DNA of 64,000 nucleotides, taken from Laetmonice hystrix. Its lineage: Eukaryota. The notes beneath the pieces were generated by a model. It made no database searches. It had not been told where the DNA came from and was given only the letters and a program-made list of their open reading frames with translations. Made by a program: the position numbers and the translations under genes. The stretch is taken from NCBI GenBank assembly GCA_965235115.1, contig OZ249441.1, positions 16,244,001 through 16,308,000 of the forward strand. The letters are read 5' to 3'. Positions 51,119-64,000 of the stretch are shown one piece after another (the first letter of the stretch is position 1; each line of letters starts with the position of its first letter).

Positions 51119-51791
51119 CCGACCCTTACGGGTCTCCCTGACTAATTATCATACCGACCCCCTGGTTAATTATCATACCGACCCTTACGGGTCTCCCTGA
51201 CTAATTATCATACCGACCCTTACGGGTCTCCCTGACTAATTATCATACCGACCCCCTGGTTAATTATCATACCGACCCTTACGGGTCTCCCTGACTAATT
51301 ATCATATCGACCCCCTGGTTAATTATCATACCGACCCTTACGGGTCTCCCTGGCTAATTATCATACCGACCCTTACGGGTCTCCCTGACTAATTATCATA
51401 GCGACCCTTACGGGTCTCCCTGACTAATTATCATACCGACCCTTACGGGTCTCCCTGACTAATTATCATACCGACCCTTACGGCTCTCCCTGACTAATTA
51501 TCATACCGACCCTTACGGGTCTCCCTGGCTAATTATCATACCGACCCTTACGGGTCTCCCTGACTTATTACCATACCGACCCTTACGGGTCTCTCCCTGG
51601 CTAATTATCATACCGACCCTTACGGGTCTCCCTGGCTAATTATCATACCGACCCTTACGGGTCTCCCTGACTAATTATCATAGCGACCCTAACGGGGCTC
51701 CCTGACTAATTTTCATAGCGACCCTACGGGTCTCCCTGACTAATTATCATACCGACCCTTACGGGTCTCCCTGACTAATTATCATACCGAC
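51119..51791. repeat. Minisatellite, 35-bp unit with a few 24-bp deletion units, about 20 copies
   Basis: Units ataccgacccttacgggtctccctgactaattatc and ataccgaccccctggttaattatc. Confidence 0.97.
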
Positions 51792-52449
51792 CTAATACTC
51801 TGCCACCGATTCAGGCATTGGAATATATAACAGAAAGAATGCTTCATCGATTAAGACCTCCTTGTGTTCTTTTTCTATTTAACCCAATGTGCTGCGTCAC
51901 ACATACGTTGTACCACACATGTTACTTCTGGTTATCTACTTGCATGATAAGCTTGACAGGATAACTAAAGCCCCTGTTTCCAGATGCTACTGAGAAATCA
52001 TAAGGTCTAATAGAGTGTTCCTCTTCGCTAATCTAAATAACAAGATTAAAGTCTACAGTACAGTTTACTGTTTTGAACTGGGTTCACAACAAACATTCTA
52101 ACCATGTTCCCCATGGTGCCTGGTGCACAGATTGTTGGTAGAAAATCAATGTAATCACTGAGAATGTTGTTGTGATGCGGATTGTAAAGGTCACAGAGAC
52201 AGTTCAATATGACTGGTGTGTATGACGTTTGTATATTGATGGTATACCCTGGATTATCGATCTGTAGACTGCGGTTTGTCAGTCTGTGACTTGTAATTAA
52301 TCTGTCTTATATATACACCTACAACCAACTGACACCATAACATATCAGGACAGGGGGAAGTTCATGGCTTCCAGATTATCACTCACGCGGCAGTTAATTA
52401 GATACTGCACGGTGTACAATTCTCTGTCAGGCCCGACATCCTTACACAG

Positions 52450-53982
52450 ACACCTATTGTACCGGTCAGCTGACAAATATAACCAACCGGGGGCCTGAGC
52501 AGGACCGGCCCAGACACCTATTGTACCGGTCAGCTGACAAATATAACCAACCGGGGGCCTGAGCAGGACCGGCCCAGACACCTATTGTACCGGTCAGCTG
52601 ACAAATATAACCAACCGGGGGACTGAGCAGGACCGGCCCAGACACCTAGTGTACCGGTCAGCTGACAAATATAACCAACCGGGGGCCTGAGCAGGACCGG
52701 CCCAGACACCTAGTGTACCGGTCAGCTGACAAATATAACCAACCGGGGGCCTGAGCAGGACCGGCCCAGACACCTATTGTACCGGTCAGCTGACAGATAT
52801 AACCAACCGGGGGCCTGAGCAGGACCGGCCCAGACACCGACTGTACCGGTCAGCTGACAGATATAACCAACCGGGGGACTGAGCAGGACCGGCCCAGACT
52901 GTACCGGTCAGCTGACAGATATGATGTCAGTCTCCACTAGCCCGGGGGTCTGAGTGTGACTGGTCCAGGCACCGACTGTACCGGTCAGCTGACAGATATG
53001 ATGTCAGTCTCCACTAGCCCGGGGGTCTGAGTGTGACTGGTCCAGGCACCGACTGTACCGCTCAGCTGACAGATATAACCAACCGGGGGCCTGAACAGAA
53101 CCGGCCCAGACACCTATTGTACCGGTCAGCTGACAAATATAACCAACCGGGAGCCTGAGCAGGACCGGCCCAGACACATATTGTACCGGTCAGCTGACAA
53201 ATATAACCAATCGGGGGCCTGAGCAGGACCGGCCCAGACACCTATTGTACCGGTCAGCTGACAAATATAACCAACCGGGGGCCTGAGCAGGACCGGCCCA
53301 GACACCTATTGTACCGGTCAGCTGACAGATATGATGTCAGTCTCCACTAGCCCGGGGGTCTGAGTGTGACTGGTCCAGGCACCGACTGTACCGGTCAGCT
53401 GACAGATATGATGTCAGTCTCCACTAGCCCGGGGGTCTGAGTGTGACTGGTCCAGGCACCGACTGTACCGGTCAGCTGACAGATATGATGTCAGTCTCCA
53501 CTAGCCCGGGGGTCTGAGTGTGGCTGGTCCAGGCACCGACTGTACCGGTCAGCTGACAGATATGATGTCAGTCTCCACTAGCCCGGGGGTCTGAGTGTGG
53601 CTGGTCCAGGCACCGAATGTACCGGTCAGCTGACAGATATGATGTCAGTCTCCACTAGCCCGGGGGTCTGAGTGTGGCTGGTCCAGGCACCGACTGTACC
53701 GGTCAGCTGACAGATATGATGTCAGTCTCCACTAGCCCGGGGGTCTGAGTGTGACCGGTCTAGGCACCGACTGTACCGGTCAGCTGACAGATATGATGTC
53801 AGTCTTCACTAGCCCGGGGGACTGCGTGTGACTGGTCCAGGCACCGACTGTACCGGTCAGCTGACAAATATAACGTCACCCTCCACCAACCGGGGGACTG
53901 TGCAGGACCGGCCCAGACTGTACCGGTCAGCTGACAGACATGATGTCAGTCTCCACTAACCCGGGGGTCTGAGTGTGGCTTT
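52450..53982. repeat. Composite minisatellite of 64-bp (A) and 77-bp (B) units sharing a gtaccggtcagctgaca core
   Basis: Block order is A7, B2, A4, B7, one intermediate unit, then a partial B. Confidence 0.95.
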
Positions 53983-55697
53983 ATCTAACCTAACAGCCCA
54001 TGTCTTCATTTTAGAGTCATTGAAATATGATTTTGGAAAGGCTTACATTTCATTGCATTTCGCCCTGTTCAGATAGCACCTTTCCAAAAATCTGAATTTT
54101 TTTTTCACGGGATTAAATGCCGATTTCTCTACAATCATATAAATGACGTTTTGATCCATGTTGTAGAATCTATGGGCCCATGTACAGTTGACGTTAGTGG
54201 TTCAATGTCCGTGGAGAATTATCCTGCGATAACCTGACAAACAGCATGCCCGACGATATGCTCAAACTCTATATAAGATGTGGCCTTCCCAGGCTCAGTG
54301 CCGACTGCACCTGCCCTATCCCTATCATCATAGAACTGTTACAGGTTCTATGCTATCATATACTGGACTGGGTGGACCCCAACCTCACAATGTACCTTTC
54401 GAATCTGTTTAGCCGTCGTCTTTGAGTTGAATCTCCTCAACAAAGGCTGGATATTAGTACGATCCATAACCGGCTGTTCAGACTAGCCACAGTCTCTCTG
54501 TAGCTCTGTGGCATTAACAGAATCGATCGACCACTTACTGAGGACTGTAAAACTATTCCAAGCTCAACGAATTCAATTCCAAGTTTTGTTGAAAAAAACC
54601 TTGTTAATCACATCGACACCAACGTGTTGCCTCTCCTTCGGAATAATCAATTTTTCTACATAATCCCTCTGCAATTATACAAGAGCATGTGCTAAGACTT
54701 CAATTACTAATCTAACAAGTTTTTTTTCAAGTTTCCTATGTGTGGCGGGGGGGGGGGGGCAAAATACCTTATTCTGGATATTTCACTACGGTCAAACTCT
54801 ATGCATTGTTTAGGCACTAACAATATAAGGCCAGTTTCAACTGTGCAATTCCTTGGTTATTTTACCTTTTATCTTAGAGTGACAACAGGTCGTTGTAATT
54901 CCTTCTTGTCATTTCTCAATAACTGGAAAGTCATGTTGTCCACATCAACCTCCATTTCTGCGCAAAGCTAATGGTTCAAAGCTTCGGACCATAAATACTG
55001 GTTTCATCTGTTGGTGTCGGACGGCCACTGATCCAGTCGTATTGCTGGCCGCTGCAGGCTGTGCTCCCCCCACCCCCGGGCTGACTACAGGCAGCCTGTC
55101 AGGCCCTTACCACAACCATCCACAACCATAGAGATCCATGCAAAGGTAATTTCCTGCAGCATCACCGCTCGCCACAGATAGGCCTTGAGTGTGTTGGATG
55201 TGTGTGCTACTTGCTTGATGACAATGTAAATAGGCAATAAGCTAAGTAGATGGCCGGCCTAAGCACGGAGCGTTCTGCCTGGTGCGATAGAACGTGTGTC
55301 ATCGTATCTGTTGATGCATTAGTATTTTTGGTGTAGGAAGCCTGACCAGATCAGGCTGGGGGTTGTGGCCGTTCTGCTGGTATTCCCTCCTCTCAGGTCC
55401 CACTTTGACTCGGGCACGTCACACTGTACTTAGTCTCCTTGACCTAAGTGTTTGTGTAACTTTTCATGTCCTTGTTCGATGTGATCTCCCCATCACATCT
55501 TACGTCGGAGGTTGGGGTTCACCGAGTGCTGTGAGCCTGGTCAAGCCGGGATAAATCACTGAAACCTTGACTGGAGATGAAATAAATAACCTTAGCATAG
55601 TAAGTATAATCTCCCAGAGCCTCGGCACAACGGAATAAGTGGACAAATTGATTTTAGCCGCCTCTCCAAAATACAGCACTTTAAACGTCGGTCTTAC

Positions 55698-56303
55698 CAT
55701 GACGTCAGGTAGGCCTAGGCAGGTTTGACTCGTCCCAGCGACTCCTTCAATGAAACACTGAAGGCCTACGTCGTCCTTACTATGACGTCAGGTAGGCAGG
55801 TTTGACTCGTCACAGTGACCCCTTCAATGAAACACTGAAGGTCTACGTCGTCCTTACTCTGACGTCAGGTAGGCAGGTTTGACTCGTCACAGCGACTCCT
55901 TCAATGAAACACTGAAGGCCTACGTCGTCCTTACTATGACGTCAGGTAGGCAGGTTTGACTCGTCACAGTGACCGTTTCAATGAAACACTGAAGACCTAC
56001 GTCATCCTTACTATGACGTCAGGTAGGCAGGTTTGACTCGTCACAGCGACCCCTTCAATGAAACACTGAAGGCCTACGTCGTCTCTACTATGACATCAGG
56101 TAGGCAGGTTTAACTCGTCACAGCGACCCCTTCAATGAAACACTGAAGGCCTACGTCGTCTCTACTATGACGTCAGGTAGGCAGGTTTGACTCGTCACAG
56201 TGACCGTTTCAATGAAACACTGAAGACCTACGTCATCCTTACTATGACGTCAGGTAGGCAGGTTTAACTCGTCACCGCGACCCCTCCAATGAAACACTGA
56301 ATG
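55698..56303. repeat. Minisatellite, 77-bp unit, about 8 copies, nearly all carrying TGACGTCA
   Basis: Unit ctatgacgtcaggtaggcaggtttgactcgtcacagcgaccccttcaatgaaacactgaaggcctacgtcgtcctta starting at 55780, 55857, 55934 and onward. Confidence 0.97.
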
Positions 56304-59300
56304 CCCTTCCATAGAGAAACCACAGGCGGCAGCAGGGTAAGCTGTGGGCAGCCGATCACCATTTTCTGACGTTAAGTCCGCCTTCAATAATCTGGCACTG
56401 TTGATGTTCCATCCAGTTTCACGGGGACGCTATGCATGCTCTGTCAACCTGTGGCGGCCCTGACTGGATATCATGACGGTCGGGGACGGCCTCCTTTTAT
56501 TACTCGCTTCAGGTCTGGTCAATGTTGACAATCATCGTTTGAAGGCTTTTCTCAACAGAACAAGGAGAGTATAGCACTGTTCAAAATATACTCTCACAAT
56601 CCAACATCCCAATTTTGTGACCTTTCAGCGCATTATGCTGGAAAAATACATGGGTTTCTTTCATGCATATCGTTTAATTATTGTCTGAGGTACTGGGGCA
56701 TATACAGGTTTATGTGTAAATTTGTAACTTTGAAGTGTTTTTCATGTATCATGATCAACGTACCCTCTCGCAAGCTGTATGGCGAAATTTTCTTGAATTT
56801 CGAGACAGCGTCTTCTTCCACGGCCAATTATATGTATTCACGGCACTGGGAATTTTTAAAAATATCTGTCTAAATAGCCGTTATCCATGTCCGTAAGATA
56901 GAACCTTTCAATGAGTAAAGAATCAAATATATATTTAGAATTCCTTTAGCGATCCTTTTGCTACTCATGAAATGATAAAACATCCAACCACATTCTTGCA
57001 CATTGATATCATCCCATCTGCGAACCACTTCATTATTTCGTCCCCAGTTCAACAGCCAATCGGTAGGAAGTCCTTTTTATTTGGACTCCCTGTGTAAAGT
57101 ATTGCATTCATTGGCCTAGGGTCGAGAATAAAAGAAGCTCAGTTGGTTTTGTCCCGCCCACTGTGAGTACAACAGATCATCTCTGATGATACAGCGACGG
57201 AGCGCCTTCCACACTCCACAGTCGGCACGAACAGACAAACATACGGCGGTAACCACGCCCAATACTGAAATGGCTCTCTTTATATTTTGAAATTATCAGC
57301 GACAACATTCCATGGCTCTACTCCATTGTGCGACCACAGCAACCAATATACAGATGTTACTTTAGATTTCTAGAGGTTGGTTGCTGAACTGGTCACGTTT
57401 TTGACCATATTCACAACTTGACACAAGCTTGACACGGGACGGAGTTTAGGCAATCGTCATCTCGGAGACAGAGGTCGATTGTCACAAGAAGTAGGGTTTC
57501 CTTTAGAAGAAACTACACCGTTCATTACTTCTAAACGACTTTCTAAACCCGTTATGTCTCTTCCTGTTCCTGGGATCAGGTTATAAACTAATAAGTCAAA
57601 AACCTAGTCCGAGAGATACTTGTGTCACAACACAACACAAAACTGCTTTAAAACGGATAATATTTTCATCTTGAATCCATTAAAGGCATGTACTGTGGCT
57701 CTCCTAATGAGGTACATTGATGAGAGAAATTATTCTAATTTTCAGTGTGGAGTACTCTTGAATTGTTTTCCCCACCTTTGGCGCTAGTTCCAAGGAAATG
57801 GTTTAATTGTCAGAGAACACCTTCAGCTCGTGAAAGATTTATGATCTTGGCCTTTGAGAACATATCTGTCGTACATTATACTATCCATTTTGATACAAAG
57901 TATGAGTGTATTTATATGTACTGAATTTGGTGTGTTCTTTCATTATATTCTAATGTGCTTGAAGAAACGAACGAGAGGTGACTTCTCCCGTATCAGTACG
58001 AGGACGGCCGGGTGGGGGGAGGGGCGCAGTGATTTCTGGTTACCATTACATTGCCACCGTTATCAGACACTTGCTGAGACGGCCCCTGACCGCTGATTTC
58101 AAACTAACCAAAGATAAGAGCACGGTCGGAAACATCGTTGATCCAATGAACGGTGCATTGGTTATCTAGGGTTTTCATAGCTGCCAGTTGCCAGTGCATC
58201 TCAATGCCTCGACCGTTATCTGTGAACCCGTTAGCCAGTCTCACTCCACTCTCACTAACACACTCTCAATGATGAGGTTATCGTCTTCCTTTTCATTCAT
58301 CACCCGCCGTAAAAAATCTCAGACGCAAACTCCTAAAATAAAGTAGGTCATGGCTGATACCTCTCGTGTCACATTTATGTCTTCTGTGGCGAGTTGATGG
58401 CGACCACTGTGGAGGACGTGCTGAGCCGATCAGCTACTCGGGCAACCAGCCTGGCTTCTCTTGATGAAGGCAGCTGCAGCAGCTGTTGTGGCCCACACCA
58501 GCCGCAGAGGTTAAGGGGGGTTTCTTTGGTTCGGAGCCGTGGGTTTTCAACACAGAAGATGACACTGCTGCTTAATGCGCACCTGAGTATCATGACCTGC
58601 GGTCGATGATGCAAAGCAGATGTTTTTCCTTGGTTTAAAATGCGACAATGCAATATTCTTTTGTGTGGTTTCCTTTCCGAAATAACTTCTACCGAGCTGC
58701 ACATGTCTGTTTGTGCCACTTTGAGTGTCTTCCGTTTTTATAATAAACGTGATTTAGTTCATACAGGCCGTATATTTCCGGGTACTCGCATACCTAAAAC
58801 GGAGCCGTTAGGCAGCCTTCATTACTCTAACACCCTAACCTGAATGTTGTTAAAATTTACTGAAATCCTTCTTTACCATTTCGTTTCTGAAAAGGCATCT
58901 ATTTAATCTTGATCCTTGCAAATTTACTCTGCATTGATATGTATTGATGATGCCAAAACAAACACTGGCAGACACTAAGAGGGATGAGACACATCAAGAG
59001 CGCTGCCCAGAGCGAGGTGCCATTTAAACCTTGACCGTCGGACGCCTCATTGCCTTCAACCTTTCTGTATCTATGACCCCCTCAAATTGCCGTCTGTAGT
59101 GACGTCCTAGGTCTCTCCCTCTGGCCATTTTATGCCTACTGTGACACCTGCCTTGGTCTGGCCAGATATTGGCACCCTTGCATCACAGTTTGTTACTCCC
59201 ACAGGAGCGCCAGCCAATGTGCAGCAAATGTGTGCAATGGCCTGCCAACCACGATCGGCCTGCCATGTTGGGACGACTGGGCCTGCAGCTCTGACGGACC

Positions 59301-61193
59301 ACGCCGCTATTTCATATACTACAGGCCTTGTCTTTATCTATCATTTGGACCAGGCATTTGCAAAATGCTCCGTTTGACAAGCACATCTTATCTCTCAGCA
59401 ACACACGCTACCCCGGCTTGTACTATTACAAATCAAATGCAATGGCCAGCAGAAATCTGGAAAGAAAAGTTCAGGGGGACCTGAGTCATTATCAGACTCC
59501 TACACGGAATAAATCGACTCAGGCCACTGTGACGGCCATGCGACTACATGGAACCTACAGTAGTTTGCTAACATCCCATTCTTAAAGAGGTACTATATCA
59601 CAGATTTAGACTATGTGTATCTTTTTACAGCATTTAACCCCGGGTATCACGTGGTCCCAAAATGAAAAGTCAAAATGCAAGAATTGCACTGCAGTATTTC
59701 TGCGAACTCTGTTCCAAGTAACTTTAAACAGTCAAATAAAATGACACATGATACACGTGGCAAACAACTGTGCATGAAACCCTTGATGGAATTGGAGATG
59801 CAGCATCAACCAGCCCAAACCCTTCGGTGTGATCAAATATGACAAATCATAGTGAAGCTTCTGCCCAACACAATTTCCAACAAGAATCCTTTCACTAATA
59901 TTTGTCACATTTCAGTCGGCCCCTTCAGAACGTGATTGTGATACTGTGTATCAGCGAACTGGGCAAGGGTGGGTGCGGGTTTTACGCTTTGCAACAGACA
60001 GGGTCCTATGAACTGGGCAAGGCAAAAGCATATGCCATCGGGAATTTTCGAGAGAAAGCTATCGGCCGTTTAGCCTGGGCCGAGCTCAAGGGGTAGAATG
60101 CAGGATGCGCGATGCCCCCTGACAACCCAAGATGCTGTAAAGCCTACCTAATCAGTAGGCATTCCGAAACATCGCTCCGGCACAAAACCATGCGTGATTC
60201 CCACCACAATACAATAATTAACATTAAAGCGCCAAATACACCATTCTTTGCAGATGGATCAAATAAAGCAGAGTAGATATCACTGGCCAATCGCCACCTT
60301 ATAACTGCTCTTCAAACGCACTTCAAATGTATGTACAGGCATTTAACCCTCTATTAACCAGTGTAGCTTACGTGCTACATTTTCTGTAAGCAAGGTCAAG
60401 TAGGTCAAATTCGAAACCAAGTCGCTGTAGTGACTAATTGCACCCAAAGCAACATTTTTACAAGTGGAAATAATTTTCACTCTAATAAAAGGGTGTGTGG
60501 TTAATAGAAGGATTTATAAAGGGCAATAGCACTTGACTGCAGACAATTTATTTGGCTCCAACGTGCATGTCGGCCATTGATTCCTCGCCACTTGCCATGC
60601 CACACACAAAGCCTGTAATATATCAGTCTATTTACATGGTGGAGGCTTCCGAGCTACCTTTGGCCAATGAAGTGACACCATCTTGGGCCGAAGAGTCACA
60701 TCGTTGCTGTGCAGCTTTTCTAACCGAGAAATGTAAACAGAAATCCAGCATCAATACATGAAATGATGTACATTACTATCGTATAGATAAATGAAAGGGG
60801 TACATATCTGGCAATGCTGAGTACAAAGTGGTTCTATTAAAGACATCATGACATCCAAAGATATAAGATCACGGGGAAGTCCCGTCCCTGGTTTAACGTT
60901 AATCTGATAATGTACCATCCTAAATCGATAAAAATTTTCACAATTCTTCTTCTACCCAAAACAGATTTAACGTCAAAAATCCCTGCGGGGATGCTTTAAT
61001 TGGTGATCTGAGAGAAACAGCACGCAGTCATCCGCTGATCGGTCAGAAAGAGATACAGATAAAGTATAAAGTACGATTTCTTGCTCTCAGCCCATTGGAT
61101 CAAACCCACATGACAACCGCTCGAATGAATTGTTTTGCTAATGGTAGAGGATACATTCTTTCACCCCCATGTTTCTAGGAAAGGCAATAGAGG

Positions 61194-61689
61194 CCGTGAT
61201 TTATACCAGATTATGGAACAAATGCTATCATTGCCAGCAACACAGCAAAGGGTGCCGTGATTGATACCAGATTATGGAACAATTGCTATCATTGCCAGCA
61301 ACACAGCAAAGGGTGCCGTGATTGATACCAGATTATGGAACAATTGCTACCATTGCAAGCAACACAGCAAAGGTTGCCGTGATTGATACCAGATTATGGA
61401 ACAATTGCTACCATTGCAAGCAACACAGCAAAGGTTGCCGTGATTGATACCAGATTATGGAACAATTGCTATCATTGCCAGCAACACAGCAAAGGGTTCC
61501 GTGATTTACACCAGATTATGGAACAATTGCTATCATTGCCAGCAACACAGCAAAGGGTTCCGTGATTTAAACCAGATTATGGAACAATTGCTATCATTGC
61601 CAGCAACACAGCAAAGGGTTCCGTGATTTAAACCAGATTATGGAACAATTGCTATCATTGCCAGCAACACAGCAAAGGGTGCCGTGATT
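61194..61689. repeat. Minisatellite, 61-bp unit, 8 copies
   Basis: Unit ccgtgattgataccagattatggaacaattgctatcattgccagcaacacagcaaagggtg. Confidence 0.97.
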
Positions 61690-63709
61690 TTCTGACTTGA
61701 TGATGTCATGGTACCGAATGATTCGTCTACAATTACTCGCCTCACATTGACAGCTTAATGTCGTACTTATATGCTGTTATGACCCATTCACAATCGACAG
61801 CTTAATGTTGTCCTAATATGACTTTATGACCCACTTACGTATTAGGTGTGGCAGCACTTATTCAGGCAAGAAGAATACACTTCAAATCGGGAGAGCGTTT
61901 TCTCCCGCGTTAGAACTCACACGGCATGACCTACAGAAACTTACCATACCACGATAATCCCCTGCTTACAATGAACAAGTTTCACCCTTGCTTCACACAT
62001 TCTCCTCTTCGTAAATTCCAACATGAAACGTTTTGCACGGGAAAGAATCACGTGAACACAATAAAGCATGCCTCCGGATCCATGCCATCACATTGAGCGC
62101 GACCTGCCCGTAAAAAGGATGAAGGCTCAACGTTAAGTGGCGCCCCCTAGCTGGTAAACGTCTCGCCGCCGCTTCTTGCTGCGCTCGCCCACTGCCCATC
62201 AGCGGATCAGGGCGGATCCTGGCGCATGCGAGGCGTTCGGTTAGTTTTACAGGGGAACCCATTTAAGTGATAGCGGCCATTGTGCTGACACAAAGCTCTG
62301 CCACCTTTATTGGTCATGATGGCATTCATCAACACTGAAGGGGGCTTCCACCGAAATGGTCGTTGCGGAGGTTAGGGCCTGTGCTTGGGCGGTACAGGGT
62401 CGGGGTGAGGGGATTGGGGGGGGGGGGGGTCTCTGAATGAGGGCGGCAAGTGGGTGGTGTGCCGGTCAGCAAATCTATTCAGCGTGATGTAGGGATATTT
62501 CTGAGAGAATATTCTGATGTTATCTTTCATGGGTGGGATATCTTAAAGTGAGCATTGCGCTACCAGCCGTGTACAATGCCGACACTGTCTCAGTGCCCCC
62601 CGTACCCCTGTACCCCTACCCCACCACCGACCGTTATCTACACGCCGGCAGACCAGCTCTGTCAACGACAGCTGATTACCGATAATCATCTTTTACTTAG
62701 ATTGCTGACAGTATTTGATGTTCTAAATGCAGGAGCAGGTAATGGTATTTTTTCATGACAGGTTACAATCGCCAAGGAGAAGAGCGAGTGCACACGGTTC
62801 TTTTCTGTGGTATTTTTGTAGGTTTTTTTTTAACTCTCAACTTTCTTTAAACTGGAAGCATATCCTTTAAGTGCCGCATGTCAAGCTACTTCAAACTGAT
62901 GGAACCATGCTACGCTCTTCAAGCAAGACGCTGCAAACAGATGGTGCCATGCCATTCCAGAGAACAGTTTTAATCAGGTGGCACCATGCCACCGCTTCCA
63001 AAAAACAGAACATGGGGCAAAGCACTTAGAAGCAGATTGTGATGGTGCCATGGCAATGTTACACAACAAATCACTATAACAATGTCTTTATGAAATGGTC
63101 GGTTATGAGAATCATACTGTTCAGTTCATAAGAAGAGATTTAATTAAGGACCTTATTAACTTTTTGGGGTCAGTACGAATTATTCTGACTTGGCCTGGCC
63201 TGAAATGAAACCATTCATAAAGTCGCTGCTATGTTACATATTGTTTGTAAAGAAAATATATGGATCCAGGCTTTGTGTTGCAACACACATGGCAGTTGTG
63301 TTTTAGGGCAATGGAAATATCATGGGTTCTGGTGATACAAATAATGGTAAAAATGTAGGCCTAAATCTTACAACTTTGCTATACCAAGATTTCATCATAA
63401 TGTAATACGCATACCTGAACGTACACACTATCCAAGAGGACTCCTTGAGCCCGACACCCTATCAAATATCCCTCAAAGTAACTGATATTTCTGACAATTT
63501 ACAACGACATCCATATGGTCAATTAATACCGGTATACACTGGCCATCACGGCAATGCAGTGACTGAAGACCATTAGAAACATATTTCTCTATATCAACTT
63601 TAGGAGATCCAGAAACTACAGAACATGAGCAGCATGACGAACTACAATACATTACCCTAGGCGTCATCCATTACATCTGACCCGTGTACTGGTGTATAGT
63701 GAGACTCAC

Positions 63710-63769
63710 CTGTAACAGAGACAATAACCATATTGAGTACAAAATAATACAAGACGTCTCACTAGACAT
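63710..63769 (-). CDS. Candidate first coding exon (signal-peptide-like), possibly of the same CUB gene
   Basis: ATG-initiated MSSETSCIILYSIWLLSLLQ (20 codons) ends at a strong CAG|GTGAGT donor (phase 0) on the same strand as the CUB exon. An alternative reading as a recursive splice site is given under findings. Confidence 0.3.
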
Positions 63770-63800
63770 AAAGTGAGCTTATGCGTTATGTACCATTATC

Positions 63801-63822
63801 CACACACACACACACACACACA
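63801..63822. repeat. (CA)n microsatellite
   Basis: About 11 units. Confidence 0.95.
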
Positions 63823-64000
63823 CCGTCATGACGTGTGGGGTCGATTTCACATGACGTCGTGAATGACAGCGGGCCCTAGGATACCAAGATTGTAAACTAT
63901 CCTAGGCCTTGCCTGACGTTTGGAGCGCAAACATCAGGATCTTGTGACTGCAATCGAACTTTGATCCTGGGTGTGGTTAATGATACTTGATGTCAGGGTG

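Noticed and set aside
52450-53982. CRISPR-like appearance (constant palindromic core with variable intervening sequence)
   Set aside because: The intervening sequences are only two recurring types rather than unique spacers, there are no cas genes, and the context is eukaryotic.
57680-59605. Additional ttaaag-starting possible Kolobok termini (about 57681 and 59582)
   Set aside because: No matching inverted partner end was found.
4008-61689. Many array units contain 6-10-bp palindromes (atacgtat, taccggta, gccatggc, tgacgtca, gtcagctgac)
   Set aside because: About 5 palindromes of 8 bp or more in roughly 800 bp of unit sequence, versus about 3 expected by chance, is not convincing enrichment.

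Overview
This is eukaryotic (invertebrate, probably lophotrochozoan-like) genomic DNA, not prokaryotic: there are no operons, no intact long CDS, and no rRNA or CRISPR. The only well-supported coding sequence is one 178-bp minus-strand spliced exon (26429-26606) encoding the N-terminal two-thirds of a CUB domain. It resembles suppressor-of-lurcher (SOL-1)-like proteins, and most of the window is probably that gene's long introns. About 14 kb (roughly 22%, summed by hand) is 15 unrelated minisatellite arrays with 25-124-bp units, which explain essentially all long ORFs in the track. The rest holds decayed retroelements (Gypsy, L1/Tx1-like, DIRS/Ngaro-like, CR1/L2-like, Penelope-like, RTE-like), a tRNA-derived SINE, one TTAA-flanked MITE and three MITEs with CAG/CA termini and 5-bp target duplications. 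I found no convincing novel protein-coding system. The best leads are a YAG|GTGAGT junction at 63704-63712 (signal-peptide exon or recursive splice site), the 5-bp-TSD MITE cluster, a two-variant array with an intermediate unit, a CRE-motif array and a G-rich array. All family assignments are by eye, without database searches.
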